From Polyangiales bacterium (GTDB lineage Bacteria; Myxococcota_A; Polyangia; Polyangiales; JADJQN01): a stretch of 64,000 nt of DNA. The DNA is taken from NCBI GenBank assembly GCA_964202905.1, contig CAXNJO010000008.1, forward strand, positions 162,099 through 226,098, in the 5' to 3' direction. A program made the position numbers and the translations under genes. The first letter of the stretch is position 1; every line of letters begins with the position of its first letter. Positions 1 to 7,430 of the stretch are shown piece after piece. Below the pieces are notes generated by a model that had not been told where the DNA came from, did not search any database, and saw only the letters and a program-made list of their open reading frames with translations.

Positions 1-22
1 GCCCTCGGGACCTTCGATTACG

Positions 23-994
23 ATGCCTGAACTCTCTCCCGACACCGACACCGACACCGACGCCGAGGTCCTCGAGCATCTGCGCGGCCTGGTCCGCGAG
101 CACGAGGTCGTGCTCTTCATGAAGGGCACGCGGCTCGCTCCCGAGTGCGGGTTCTCAGCCCAGACGGTCAACGCGCTCGACGGTTTTCTCGAGTCGTACG
201 AGACGGTCGACGTGCTCGCGAGCCCGCGCCTCCGCGAGGGAATCAAGCGCCTCTCCGAGTGGCCGACGCTCCCGCAACTCTACGTGCGCGGGCAGTTCAT
301 CGGCGGGGCCGACATCGTCGCCGAACTGCGGGAGAGCGGCGAGCTCGGCGCGGTGCTCGGCCACGAGCGCCGCGAGACGCCCCGACCGACGGTCGCGATC
401 ACCGGCCGTGCGCTCGAGGCCCTGCGCGGCGCGCAGGCGTCTGCACGCAGCGAAGCGGGTGAGGACGAGACCCTCCTGCGCCTCGAGATCACGGCACAAT
501 TCGTCCACAACCTCTTTTTCGGGCCACGGGAGCCGAGCGACGTCGAGGCGGACACGGCGAGCCTCGTACTCCTGCTCGACCCGACGAGCGCGCGCCGCGC
601 CGAGGGGCTCCGGATCGACTTCGTCGATGCGCGGGGAGGCGGTGGCTTCGTGCTCGACAACCCCAACGAACCGCCGCGCGTGCGCGCGCTCTCGGTCGAG
701 CAACTCGCCGCCATGCGCGAGCGCGGGGACGCCTTCGTGCTCCTCGACGTGCGCACCCCCGAAGAGCAGCGCACCGCGTCGATCGCGTTCGCGAGGCCGC
801 TCGACGACGCGGGCCGTGCGCTGCTCGAGGGGCTCGAGCCGGACGCGCGGGTCGTGTTCGTGTGCCACCACGGCGTGCGGAGCCGGGCTGCCGCCGAGCA
901 CGCGCTCCGGCTCGGGTTGCGCAACGTCTGGAACCTCGAGGGCGGCATCGACGCCTGGTCCGACCGCGTCGACCCGGGCGTGCCCCGCTACTGA
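23..994 (+). CDS. grxD: Grx4-family monothiol glutaredoxin fused to a HesB/IscA-like domain and a C-terminal rhodanese domain
   Basis: LFMKGT..PECGFS and WPTLPQLYVRGQFIGGAD glutaredoxin motifs; middle segment ending IDFVD..GGGFVLDNPN resembles HesB; C-terminal LLDVRTPEE, CHHGVRS and NLEGGIDAWS rhodanese motifs. Confidence 0.9.
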   Translation: MPELSPDTDTDTDAEVLEHLRGLVREHEVVLFMKGTRLAPECGFSAQTVNALDGFLESYETVDVLASPRLREGIKRLSEWPTLPQLYVRGQFIGGADIVAELRESGELGAVLGHERRETPRPTVAITGRALEALRGAQASARSEAGEDETLLRLEITAQFVHNLFFGPREPSDVEADTASLVLLLDPTSARRAEGLRIDFVDARGGGGFVLDNPNEPPRVRALSVEQLAAMRERGDAFVLLDVRTPEEQRTASIAFARPLDDAGRALLEGLEPDARVVFVCHHGVRSRAAAEHALRLGLRNVWNLEGGIDAWSDRVDPGVPRY

Positions 995-999
995 GCCGC

Positions 1000-1839
1000 G
1001 TGCGCCTTCACGAGGTCGTCGTCGAGGGGCTGCCCCCCTGGCTCGACGCCGCGCGGCTGCTCGGGGAGGGGGCCTTCCGCTCGTCGCCTCAGGCCGACGG
1101 TTCGTTGCAGGCCACGGCGCGGCTCGACACCGCCGCCGCGGCCGACCTCGGCGCTCGGCTGCGCGGTGTCGGGATCGGCGGGTGGCGCCTCGCCGTGCGG
1201 GTGGTCCCCGCCCTCCCGCGTGAGGCGGTGCGCGCGGCGCGGCTCGCCGAGGCGCGTCGCCGCCGCGACGGCACGCCCGGCTTTCTGCGTAGCGGCACCC
1301 GCCTCGACGCCGAGGGGCGCGTGTCGCTCACCCCCGAGGCGATCGCGGACGCCTTCGCCGCCGAACTCGTCGCGTCCGGTGTGCGCACCGTCCTCGACGT
1401 GTGCGCGGGCGCGGGCGGCGACGCGATCGCCTTCGCCCGGCGAGGCCTCCGCGTCACGGCCGTCGAACGCGACGCAGAGCGCCTCGCGCTGCTCGCGCAC
1501 AATGCGCGGCGGTACGGCGTCGCGGGTCGGATCGCCCTCGTGCACGGCGACGCCGTCGACGCGGCGACGACCCACACGGCCGACGTGGTGTACGTCGACC
1601 CCCCCTGGGGCAGCGCGTACGACCGGGCCTGCGTTCCCCTCGAGGCGCTCGCTCCCTTGCCCGAGGTGCGCGTCGCCCTGGCGCTCGCAGCAAGCGGCGC
1701 CCTCCTCATCGCGAAGGTGCCCCCGAGCTTCGACGTGCGGGCCGTGCCGGGCGCTTCGGCGCGGGCCGTCTTCGGGGAGGCGCCGGGCGACTGGCGGCGC
1801 GTGAAGATGTTGCGCGTGGCGCTGCCGACGCGCCCTTGA
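1000..1839 (+). CDS. SAM-dependent methyltransferase, trimethylguanosine synthase (Tgs1)-like
   Basis: LDAEGRVSLTPEAIA, VLDVCAGAGGDAIAFA (motif I) and DVVYVDPPWG (motif IV); start placed at the GTG at 1000, just after the upstream stop. Confidence 0.75.
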   Translation: MRLHEVVVEGLPPWLDAARLLGEGAFRSSPQADGSLQATARLDTAAAADLGARLRGVGIGGWRLAVRVVPALPREAVRAARLAEARRRRDGTPGFLRSGTRLDAEGRVSLTPEAIADAFAAELVASGVRTVLDVCAGAGGDAIAFARRGLRVTAVERDAERLALLAHNARRYGVAGRIALVHGDAVDAATTHTADVVYVDPPWGSAYDRACVPLEALAPLPEVRVALALAASGALLIAKVPPSFDVRAVPGASARAVFGEAPGDWRRVKMLRVALPTRP

Positions 1840-1864
1840 CGTCGCCGCGCATGTCGGCTACACC
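1836..1864 (+). promoter_or_regulatory. sigma70-type promoter for tRNA-Val
   Basis: TTGACG-N17-TACACC about 20 nt upstream of the tRNA. Confidence 0.55.
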
Positions 1865-1884
1865 GCGGCTCCCTTGGGGATTTT

Positions 1885-1959
<75 letters not shown>

Positions 1960-2005
1960 GCAGGGTCGCCACGGGCGACCCGCTGCCCGCATTGTAAAGG
2001 CGCCT

Positions 2006-2120
2006 CGAGGCCGCGAGTCTCGGCGCCACGCGGCCGCGCGTCTCGGCGCCACGAGGCCGCGAGTCTCGGCGCCACGAGGCCGCGAGTCTCGGCGCCATGA
2101 GGCCGCGGGTCTCGGCGTCA
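2006..2120. repeat. 5 x 23-bp tandem repeat (CGAGGCCGCGAGTCTCGGCGCCA)
   Basis: Five contiguous near-identical units between tRNA-Val and thrS. Confidence 0.9.
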
Positions 2121-2378
2121 CGAGGACGTCGGGCAGACAGACCGAACGCCTGTCTCGCCGCACCGTGACCCGTGTCGTCGTAGCCCTCTGCGCGGTGGCT
2201 CCCCGCACCGCGGCTCCCTGAACCGCGACTTCCCTGCGCGTCGGCATCGCGACGGCCTCGCGCACGGCGCGGAGCGGCCAGCGCGTCGCGGCGATGCCTC
2301 GTTCGGCGTGGGCGTGCTAAGCGCTCCGCCGAGCGGGCGTCCCGGCGCCCGCATGCACCCGAGGAGCACGCTCGTCCC

Positions 2379-4391
2379 ATGGAATCCGCATCCCTCGTCA
2401 CGGCTCGTACGGTTCTCGAACAGGCTGCGCTCGCGCAGGGGCAGAAGCTCGGCGGCGACGTCGTCGCGGCGCGCGTGGGCGGCAAGGTCCTCGACCTGCA
2501 CACGCCGCTGCCGCTCGGCACCGACGCCGCGGCGGTCCAGGCGATCCGCGGGGACGATCCCGCGGCCCTCGAGGTCATCCGCCACTCGGCGGCCCACGTG
2601 ATGGCCGACGCCGTGCAGCGGCTCTTTCCTGGAACGCAGGTGACGATCGGCCCGTCGATCGAGGACGGCTTCTACTACGACTTCCTCCGGCCGGGCGGAC
2701 AGCCGTTCTCGGACGATGACCTCGCCGCGATCGAGGCCGAGATGAAGCGGATCGCCGCGGAGGACTACGCCTTCCATCGCGAGGTCGTGTCGCGCGAGGC
2801 GGTCGAGCAGCTCTTCGGCGGACTCGGCGAGACCTTCAAACTCGAGATCATCGCGCGCGCCGACGGCGAACTCACTCTCTACCGTCACGGCCGACCGGGT
2901 GAGCACGACTGGGTCGACTTCTGCGCGGGGCCGCACGTCCCCTCCACCCGCTTTCTCCGCGCGGTGAAGTTGACGCACGTCGCCGGCGCGTACTGGCGCG
3001 GCGACGAGCGCAACCCGATGCTCCAGCGCATCTACGGCACGGCGTTCGCCCATGAGAAGGCGCTCCGCGAGCATCTCGCGGCGCTCGAAGAGGCGAAGAA
3101 GCGCGACCACCGCAAACTCGGCAAGGAGCTCGAGTTGGTCGGCTTCCACCCGCTCGCGCCTGCGTCGCCCTTCTTCCTTCCGCGCGGCGCGAAGGTCTAT
3201 CAGGGCCTCATCGACTACGTCCGCTCGATGTACGTCCGCACCGGCTACGAAGAGGTCGTCACGCCGCAGATCTTCGACAAGCACCTCTTCGAGACGAGCG
3301 GCCACCTCCCGAACTACGCCGACAACATGTTCTTCGCGATCACCGAGGAGAGCATCGAGCATCTCTCGGCCGCGCTGCCGAAAGTCGCCGGCGCGCCAAG
3401 CGAGCTGCCCGCGGCCTACGCCGCGAAGATCCGCGATCACATCCGCTTCGGCGTCAAGCCGATGAACTGCCCCGCTCACGCGCTCTTCTTCGGGATGACG
3501 CGCCGGAGCTACCGCGAGTTGCCGCTGCGCATCGCGGACTTCGGACGCTTGCATCGCTTCGAGCGGAGCGGCGTCGTCCAGGGCCTCACGCGCGTTCGGA
3601 CCTTCGCGCAGGACGACGCGCACATCTTCTGCACGCTCGACCAGATGGCCGGCGAGATCGGCGCGTTCATCGACCTCGTCTACGACGTCTACCGCGACTT
3701 CGCGTTCACCGAGGTGCGGGTCGTGATCGCGACTCGCCCGGAGAACCGGCTCGGCTCGGACGAGGTGTGGGATCGCGCCGAGCAGGCGCTCGAGCACGCG
3801 GTGCGCGAGAAGGGGATTCCGTATGAGGTCGCCGCGGGCGAGGGCGCCTTCTACGGCCCGAAGATCGAGTTCCACCTGAAGGACGCCCTCAAGCGCTCGT
3901 GGCAGCTCGGCACGATGCAGGTCGACTTCAACCTCCCGGAGCGCTTCTCGCTCACGTATGTCGGCGATGACAACACGGAGCATCGCCCCGTGATGCTGCA
4001 CCGCGCGATCCTCGGCAGCGTCGAGCGCTTCTTCGGCGTACTCGTCGAGCACGTCGCCGGGGCGTTCCCGACCTGGCTCGCGCCCGAGCAGATCGCGATC
4101 GTCACGGTCAGCGAGAAGGTCGACGATTACGCGCGGCAGGCGCACGCGGAGCTCGTGGCTGCGGGACTCCGCGTCGTGCTCGACACGTCGAGCGAAAAGC
4201 TCGGCGCGAAGATCCGGCATGCCCGCCTCAAGCGCGTCCCGTACATCGGCGTCGTCGGGCTCAAGGAGGCCGAAGGCCACGGACTCGCGTTGCGGTCGCG
4301 CGACGAAGACAAGGATCTCGGCTTCCTTCCGCTCGCCGACGTGATCGCCCGCCTCACCGCCGAATCGCTGCCACCCTCGCGTCGCGCGTAG
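2379..4391 (+). CDS. thrS: Threonine--tRNA ligase
   Basis: RHSAAHVMA, IGPSIEDGFYYDF, DFCAGPHV, RDHRKLG, KPMNCP, GAFYGPKI motifs. Confidence 0.99.
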   Translation: MESASLVTARTVLEQAALAQGQKLGGDVVAARVGGKVLDLHTPLPLGTDAAAVQAIRGDDPAALEVIRHSAAHVMADAVQRLFPGTQVTIGPSIEDGFYYDFLRPGGQPFSDDDLAAIEAEMKRIAAEDYAFHREVVSREAVEQLFGGLGETFKLEIIARADGELTLYRHGRPGEHDWVDFCAGPHVPSTRFLRAVKLTHVAGAYWRGDERNPMLQRIYGTAFAHEKALREHLAALEEAKKRDHRKLGKELELVGFHPLAPASPFFLPRGAKVYQGLIDYVRSMYVRTGYEEVVTPQIFDKHLFETSGHLPNYADNMFFAITEESIEHLSAALPKVAGAPSELPAAYAAKIRDHIRFGVKPMNCPAHALFFGMTRRSYRELPLRIADFGRLHRFERSGVVQGLTRVRTFAQDDAHIFCTLDQMAGEIGAFIDLVYDVYRDFAFTEVRVVIATRPENRLGSDEVWDRAEQALEHAVREKGIPYEVAAGEGAFYGPKIEFHLKDALKRSWQLGTMQVDFNLPERFSLTYVGDDNTEHRPVMLHRAILGSVERFFGVLVEHVAGAFPTWLAPEQIAIVTVSEKVDDYARQAHAELVAAGLRVVLDTSSEKLGAKIRHARLKRVPYIGVVGLKEAEGHGLALRSRDEDKDLGFLPLADVIARLTAESLPPSRRA

Positions 4392-4409
4392 TCCGGGGTG
4401 CGCCCCCCC

Positions 4410-4438
4410 TTGCGGGAACGCGCCCGGATCGGTATGGA
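4410..4438 (+). promoter_or_regulatory. putative promoter for infC
   Basis: TTGCGG-N17-TATGGA between thrS and infC. Confidence 0.4.
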
Positions 4439-4491
4439 GCCTATGCAGAGTCCCGGAGAGCCCTCCGCTCTCCCTTCAGGAGGAAGTTCCC

Positions 4492-5448
4492 ATCTCTCGC
4501 CCCCGCTTTGACCCCCGCCAGCGCGTCCAGACCGGTCCCCGCACGAACGAGCGCATCCGAATCCCTGAGGTCCGAGTCATCGGCGCCGAGGGTGAGATGC
4601 TCGGCGTCATGGAGACGCGCGACGCGCTCCGCATCGCCCGGGAAAAGGACCTCGATCTCGTCGAGGTCAACCCCAAGGCCTTCCCGCCGGTCTGCAAGAT
4701 CATGGACTTCGGCAAGTTCAAGTACGAAGAGTCCAAGAAGACGCGCGAGGCCAAAAAGAAGCAGACGGTCGTGAAGTTGAAGGAGATCAAGCTCCGCCCG
4801 AAGACCGATGATCACGACATCGACTTCAAGGTGAAGCACATCCGCAACTTCATCGCCGAGGGCGACAAGGTGAAGATCACCGTGCGCTTCCGTGGCCGCG
4901 AGATCACGCACCCGGAGACCGCGCAGCGGCAGTTCGAGACGATCATCGACCGCGTGAAGGACGTCGCGCTCGTCGAATCCTCGAGCCGCATGGAGGGCCG
5001 CGCGATGATCGTCCTGCTCGCGCCGCGGCCTGCGGGCAGCAAGGGAGGCGGGAATGTCTCCGCCCCGCGTCCCACGGTCGTGACGCAGCCCCGCCGTGAC
5101 CCCCCCCCCGCGGCCCTCGCGCCGGTCGGAGACGACGTGGACGACGACGACGACGAGGACGACGACACGCCGGACGACGCCGAGGCGGCCGAGGCTGCCG
5201 AGGTCGAGGCCGCGCGTCCTCGCGTCGTGCCCGCTGCGCCTGCGGTCGCGGTGCCCCCTGCCGCCGCACCCGCGGCGGCTACCCCCGCTCCCGCCGCCGT
5301 CGCGCCCGCGGCCCCGGAACCCGCCCCAGCGGACGCTGCGCCTCAGTCCGCGGCATCGCCCGCGCCTGCCGCGGCGCCTCCGGCAGATGCAGCGCCGACT
5401 GCGTCGAAGGCGAAATCGCCGCGCGCGCCCGCGACCCGCAAGAAGTGA
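4492..5448 (+). CDS. infC: Translation initiation factor IF-3 with non-canonical ATC start and long acidic/Pro-Ala C-terminal extension
   Basis: NERIRIPEVRVIG, DLVEVNPKAFPPVCKIMDFGKFKYE, GDKVKITVRFRGRE; AGGAGG RBS at 4478-4483 precedes the in-frame ATC at 4492. Confidence 0.95.
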   Translation: MSRPRFDPRQRVQTGPRTNERIRIPEVRVIGAEGEMLGVMETRDALRIAREKDLDLVEVNPKAFPPVCKIMDFGKFKYEESKKTREAKKKQTVVKLKEIKLRPKTDDHDIDFKVKHIRNFIAEGDKVKITVRFRGREITHPETAQRQFETIIDRVKDVALVESSSRMEGRAMIVLLAPRPAGSKGGGNVSAPRPTVVTQPRRDPPPAALAPVGDDVDDDDDEDDDTPDDAEAAEAAEVEAARPRVVPAAPAVAVPPAAAPAAATPAPAAVAPAAPEPAPADAAPQSAASPAPAAAPPADAAPTASKAKSPRAPATRKK

Positions 5449-5560
5449 CGCGATCGCCCCGCGCCGGTCCATGGACTGGCCGGCGCTAGCGGATCGCCCC
5501 GTACATGGGGGCCGCGCCCAACGAAGGGCCCGCGAAGATGCGGTCCCAACCCGAACAAGA

Positions 5561-5589
5561 TTGACAGAGGAACGGAGGCGCCGTACATC
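5561..5589 (+). promoter_or_regulatory. sigma70 promoter for rpmI-rplT
   Basis: TTGACA-N17-TACATC. Confidence 0.6.
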
Positions 5590-5655
5590 ACGCCTCCCTT
5601 CCGCGCAGCGCCGCGTCGCGACGCCGGTTCTGCGCCAGAGAGAACGGAGCTTCCA

Positions 5656-5856
5656 GTGCCGAAGATGAAGACGAACAGCGCTGCAGCCAAGCGCTTCAAG
5701 GTGACGGGCGGCGGCAAGGTGCGCCGGGGCAAAGCCGGCTTGAGCCACATGATGCGCGGGAAGTCCGCGAATCGTCGGCGCAAGCTTCGGAAGAACGGGA
5801 TCGTGTCGGATACCCATCAGGGGCACATCGAGCGCCTGATGCCGTACGCGTTCTAA
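5656..5856 (+). CDS. rpmI: 50S ribosomal protein L35
   Basis: MPKMKTNSAAAKRFKVTGGGKV; synteny. Confidence 0.98.
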   Translation: MPKMKTNSAAAKRFKVTGGGKVRRGKAGLSHMMRGKSANRRRKLRKNGIVSDTHQGHIERLMPYAF

Positions 5857-5913
5857 ACACCCGCTCCACTCCCCGGTCCATCCCTTCCAGCTGACATCTC
5901 CTAGGAGTTTCGA

Positions 5914-6258
5914 ATGCCGCGCGCTAAAAGGGGCTTCAAAGCCCGCCGTCGTCGTAACCGTATTTTTCGTCATGCCAAGGGCTTCTACGGCGCCCGTGGC
6001 CGCATCTTCGGTGATGCGGTCGAGCAGGTCCGCAATGCCTGGCAGGATGCATTCAAGGCGCGTCGCATGCGCAAGCGCGACTTCCGCCGTCTCTGGATTG
6101 CGCGCATCAACGCGGCCGCGCGTCTCGTGGGTGTCAGCTACAGCAAGCTGACCCACTCGCTGAAGACTTCGAAGATCGAGATCGATCGCAAGATCCTCGC
6201 AGATCTCGCGGTCCGCGACCCGGGCGGCTTCAAGGCCGTCGTCGACGCCGCGCGCTGA
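5914..6258 (+). CDS. rplT: 50S ribosomal protein L20
   Basis: [36 protein letters not shown]. Confidence 0.99.
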   Translation: MPRAKRGFKARRRRNRIFRHAKGFYGARGRIFGDAVEQVRNAWQDAFKARRMRKRDFRRLWIARINAAARLVGVSYSKLTHSLKTSKIEIDRKILADLAVRDPGGFKAVVDAAR

Positions 6259-6317
6259 CGCACCGGGCCGACGCGCGTCGTCGGCCCGCGGTCGTCTCCT
6301 TGGGGAGGGCGGATCCC

Positions 6318-7418
6318 GTGAGCGCCGACGATCCGGTCCGAGAGTTCGAAGAGGGCCTCGCGCGCATCGAGTCCGCCTACCCGCAGGCGCTCGACGCGTG
6401 CGTTGACGAGCACACGCTGCGCGCTGCCAACGCGCGCTTCGTGGGCCCCCAGGGCGAGCTGACGGCGTTGCTCAAGTGGATGCCAAAACTCCCGGGCGAT
6501 CGCCGCAAGGCGCTCGGACAGCGGGCAAACGGAACCAAGGCGGGCGTCGAGCGGGCGTTCGCCGCGCGGCTCGGCGCGCTCGCGGCGGCGGCCCGTGCGG
6601 CCGAATTGTCGGGACCTGCGGTCGACGTCTCGCTACCGGGACGCGGCGTGCGGGCCGGGCGTCTGCACCCGATGACGCGCGTCGTGAACGAGTTGATCGA
6701 CGTCTTCACGTCGCTCGGCTTCGACGTCGCCGAGGGGCCGGAGGTAGAGCTGTACGAGTACAACTTCGACAAGCTCGGCTTCCCGCCCGACCACCCCGCG
6801 ACGGACATGCAGGACAGCTTCTTCGTGGAGACGGGTGCGGGAGACCCCGCGCGCGCGAAGACGGTGCTCCGCACGCACACCTCGAACATGCAGGTGCGCG
6901 AGATGCTGGCGCGGCGCCCGCCGATGGCGGTGATCGCCCCCGGGCAGGTCTACCGGCGCGACGACGACGTCACGCACTCGCCCATGTTTTTTCAGATTGA
7001 GGGCTTCCTCATCGATGAGGACGTCTCCTTCGCGAACCTGCGCGGGGTCCTCGCTCGCTTCGCCGAGCGCATGTTCGGCGAGGGCACTCCGGTCCGGCTC
7101 CGTCCGAGTTACTTCCCCTTCGTCGAACCGGGCGCTGAGGTCGACATCGGCTGCATGATTTGCCGCGGCTGGCGCGGCGACACCGAGTCGCGAGCGCGCC
7201 AAGCGGAGTGCCGCGTCTGCAAGACCACCGGCTTTGTCGAGGTGCTCGGCTGCGGGATGATCCACCCGGTCGTGCTCCAGCATGCCGACATCGACCCTGA
7301 GCGTTACTCAGGCTTTGCGTTCGGCATGGGCATCGACCGCATCGCGATGCTCCGCTACGGCATCACCGACATCCGGCTGCTCTACGAGAACGACACCCGT
7401 TTCCTCGAGCAGTTCTGA
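6318..7418 (+). CDS. pheS: Phenylalanine--tRNA ligase alpha subunit
   Basis: HPATDMQDSF, LRTHTS, THSPMFFQIEG, RPSYFPFVEP, GFAFGMGIDR; CxxC...CxxC insertion; GTG start at 6318 after a GGAGG RBS. Confidence 0.98.
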   Translation: MSADDPVREFEEGLARIESAYPQALDACVDEHTLRAANARFVGPQGELTALLKWMPKLPGDRRKALGQRANGTKAGVERAFAARLGALAAAARAAELSGPAVDVSLPGRGVRAGRLHPMTRVVNELIDVFTSLGFDVAEGPEVELYEYNFDKLGFPPDHPATDMQDSFFVETGAGDPARAKTVLRTHTSNMQVREMLARRPPMAVIAPGQVYRRDDDVTHSPMFFQIEGFLIDEDVSFANLRGVLARFAERMFGEGTPVRLRPSYFPFVEPGAEVDIGCMICRGWRGDTESRARQAECRVCKTTGFVEVLGCGMIHPVVLQHADIDPERYSGFAFGMGIDRIAMLRYGITDIRLLYENDTRFLEQF

Positions 7419-7430
7419 CGGAGACGAATC

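Noticed and set aside
2006..2120. CRISPR array
   Set aside because: Contiguous tandem units with no spacers
7150..7225. Novel zinc finger in PheS
   Set aside because: The CxxC...CxxC insertion is a common variant of bacterial PheS
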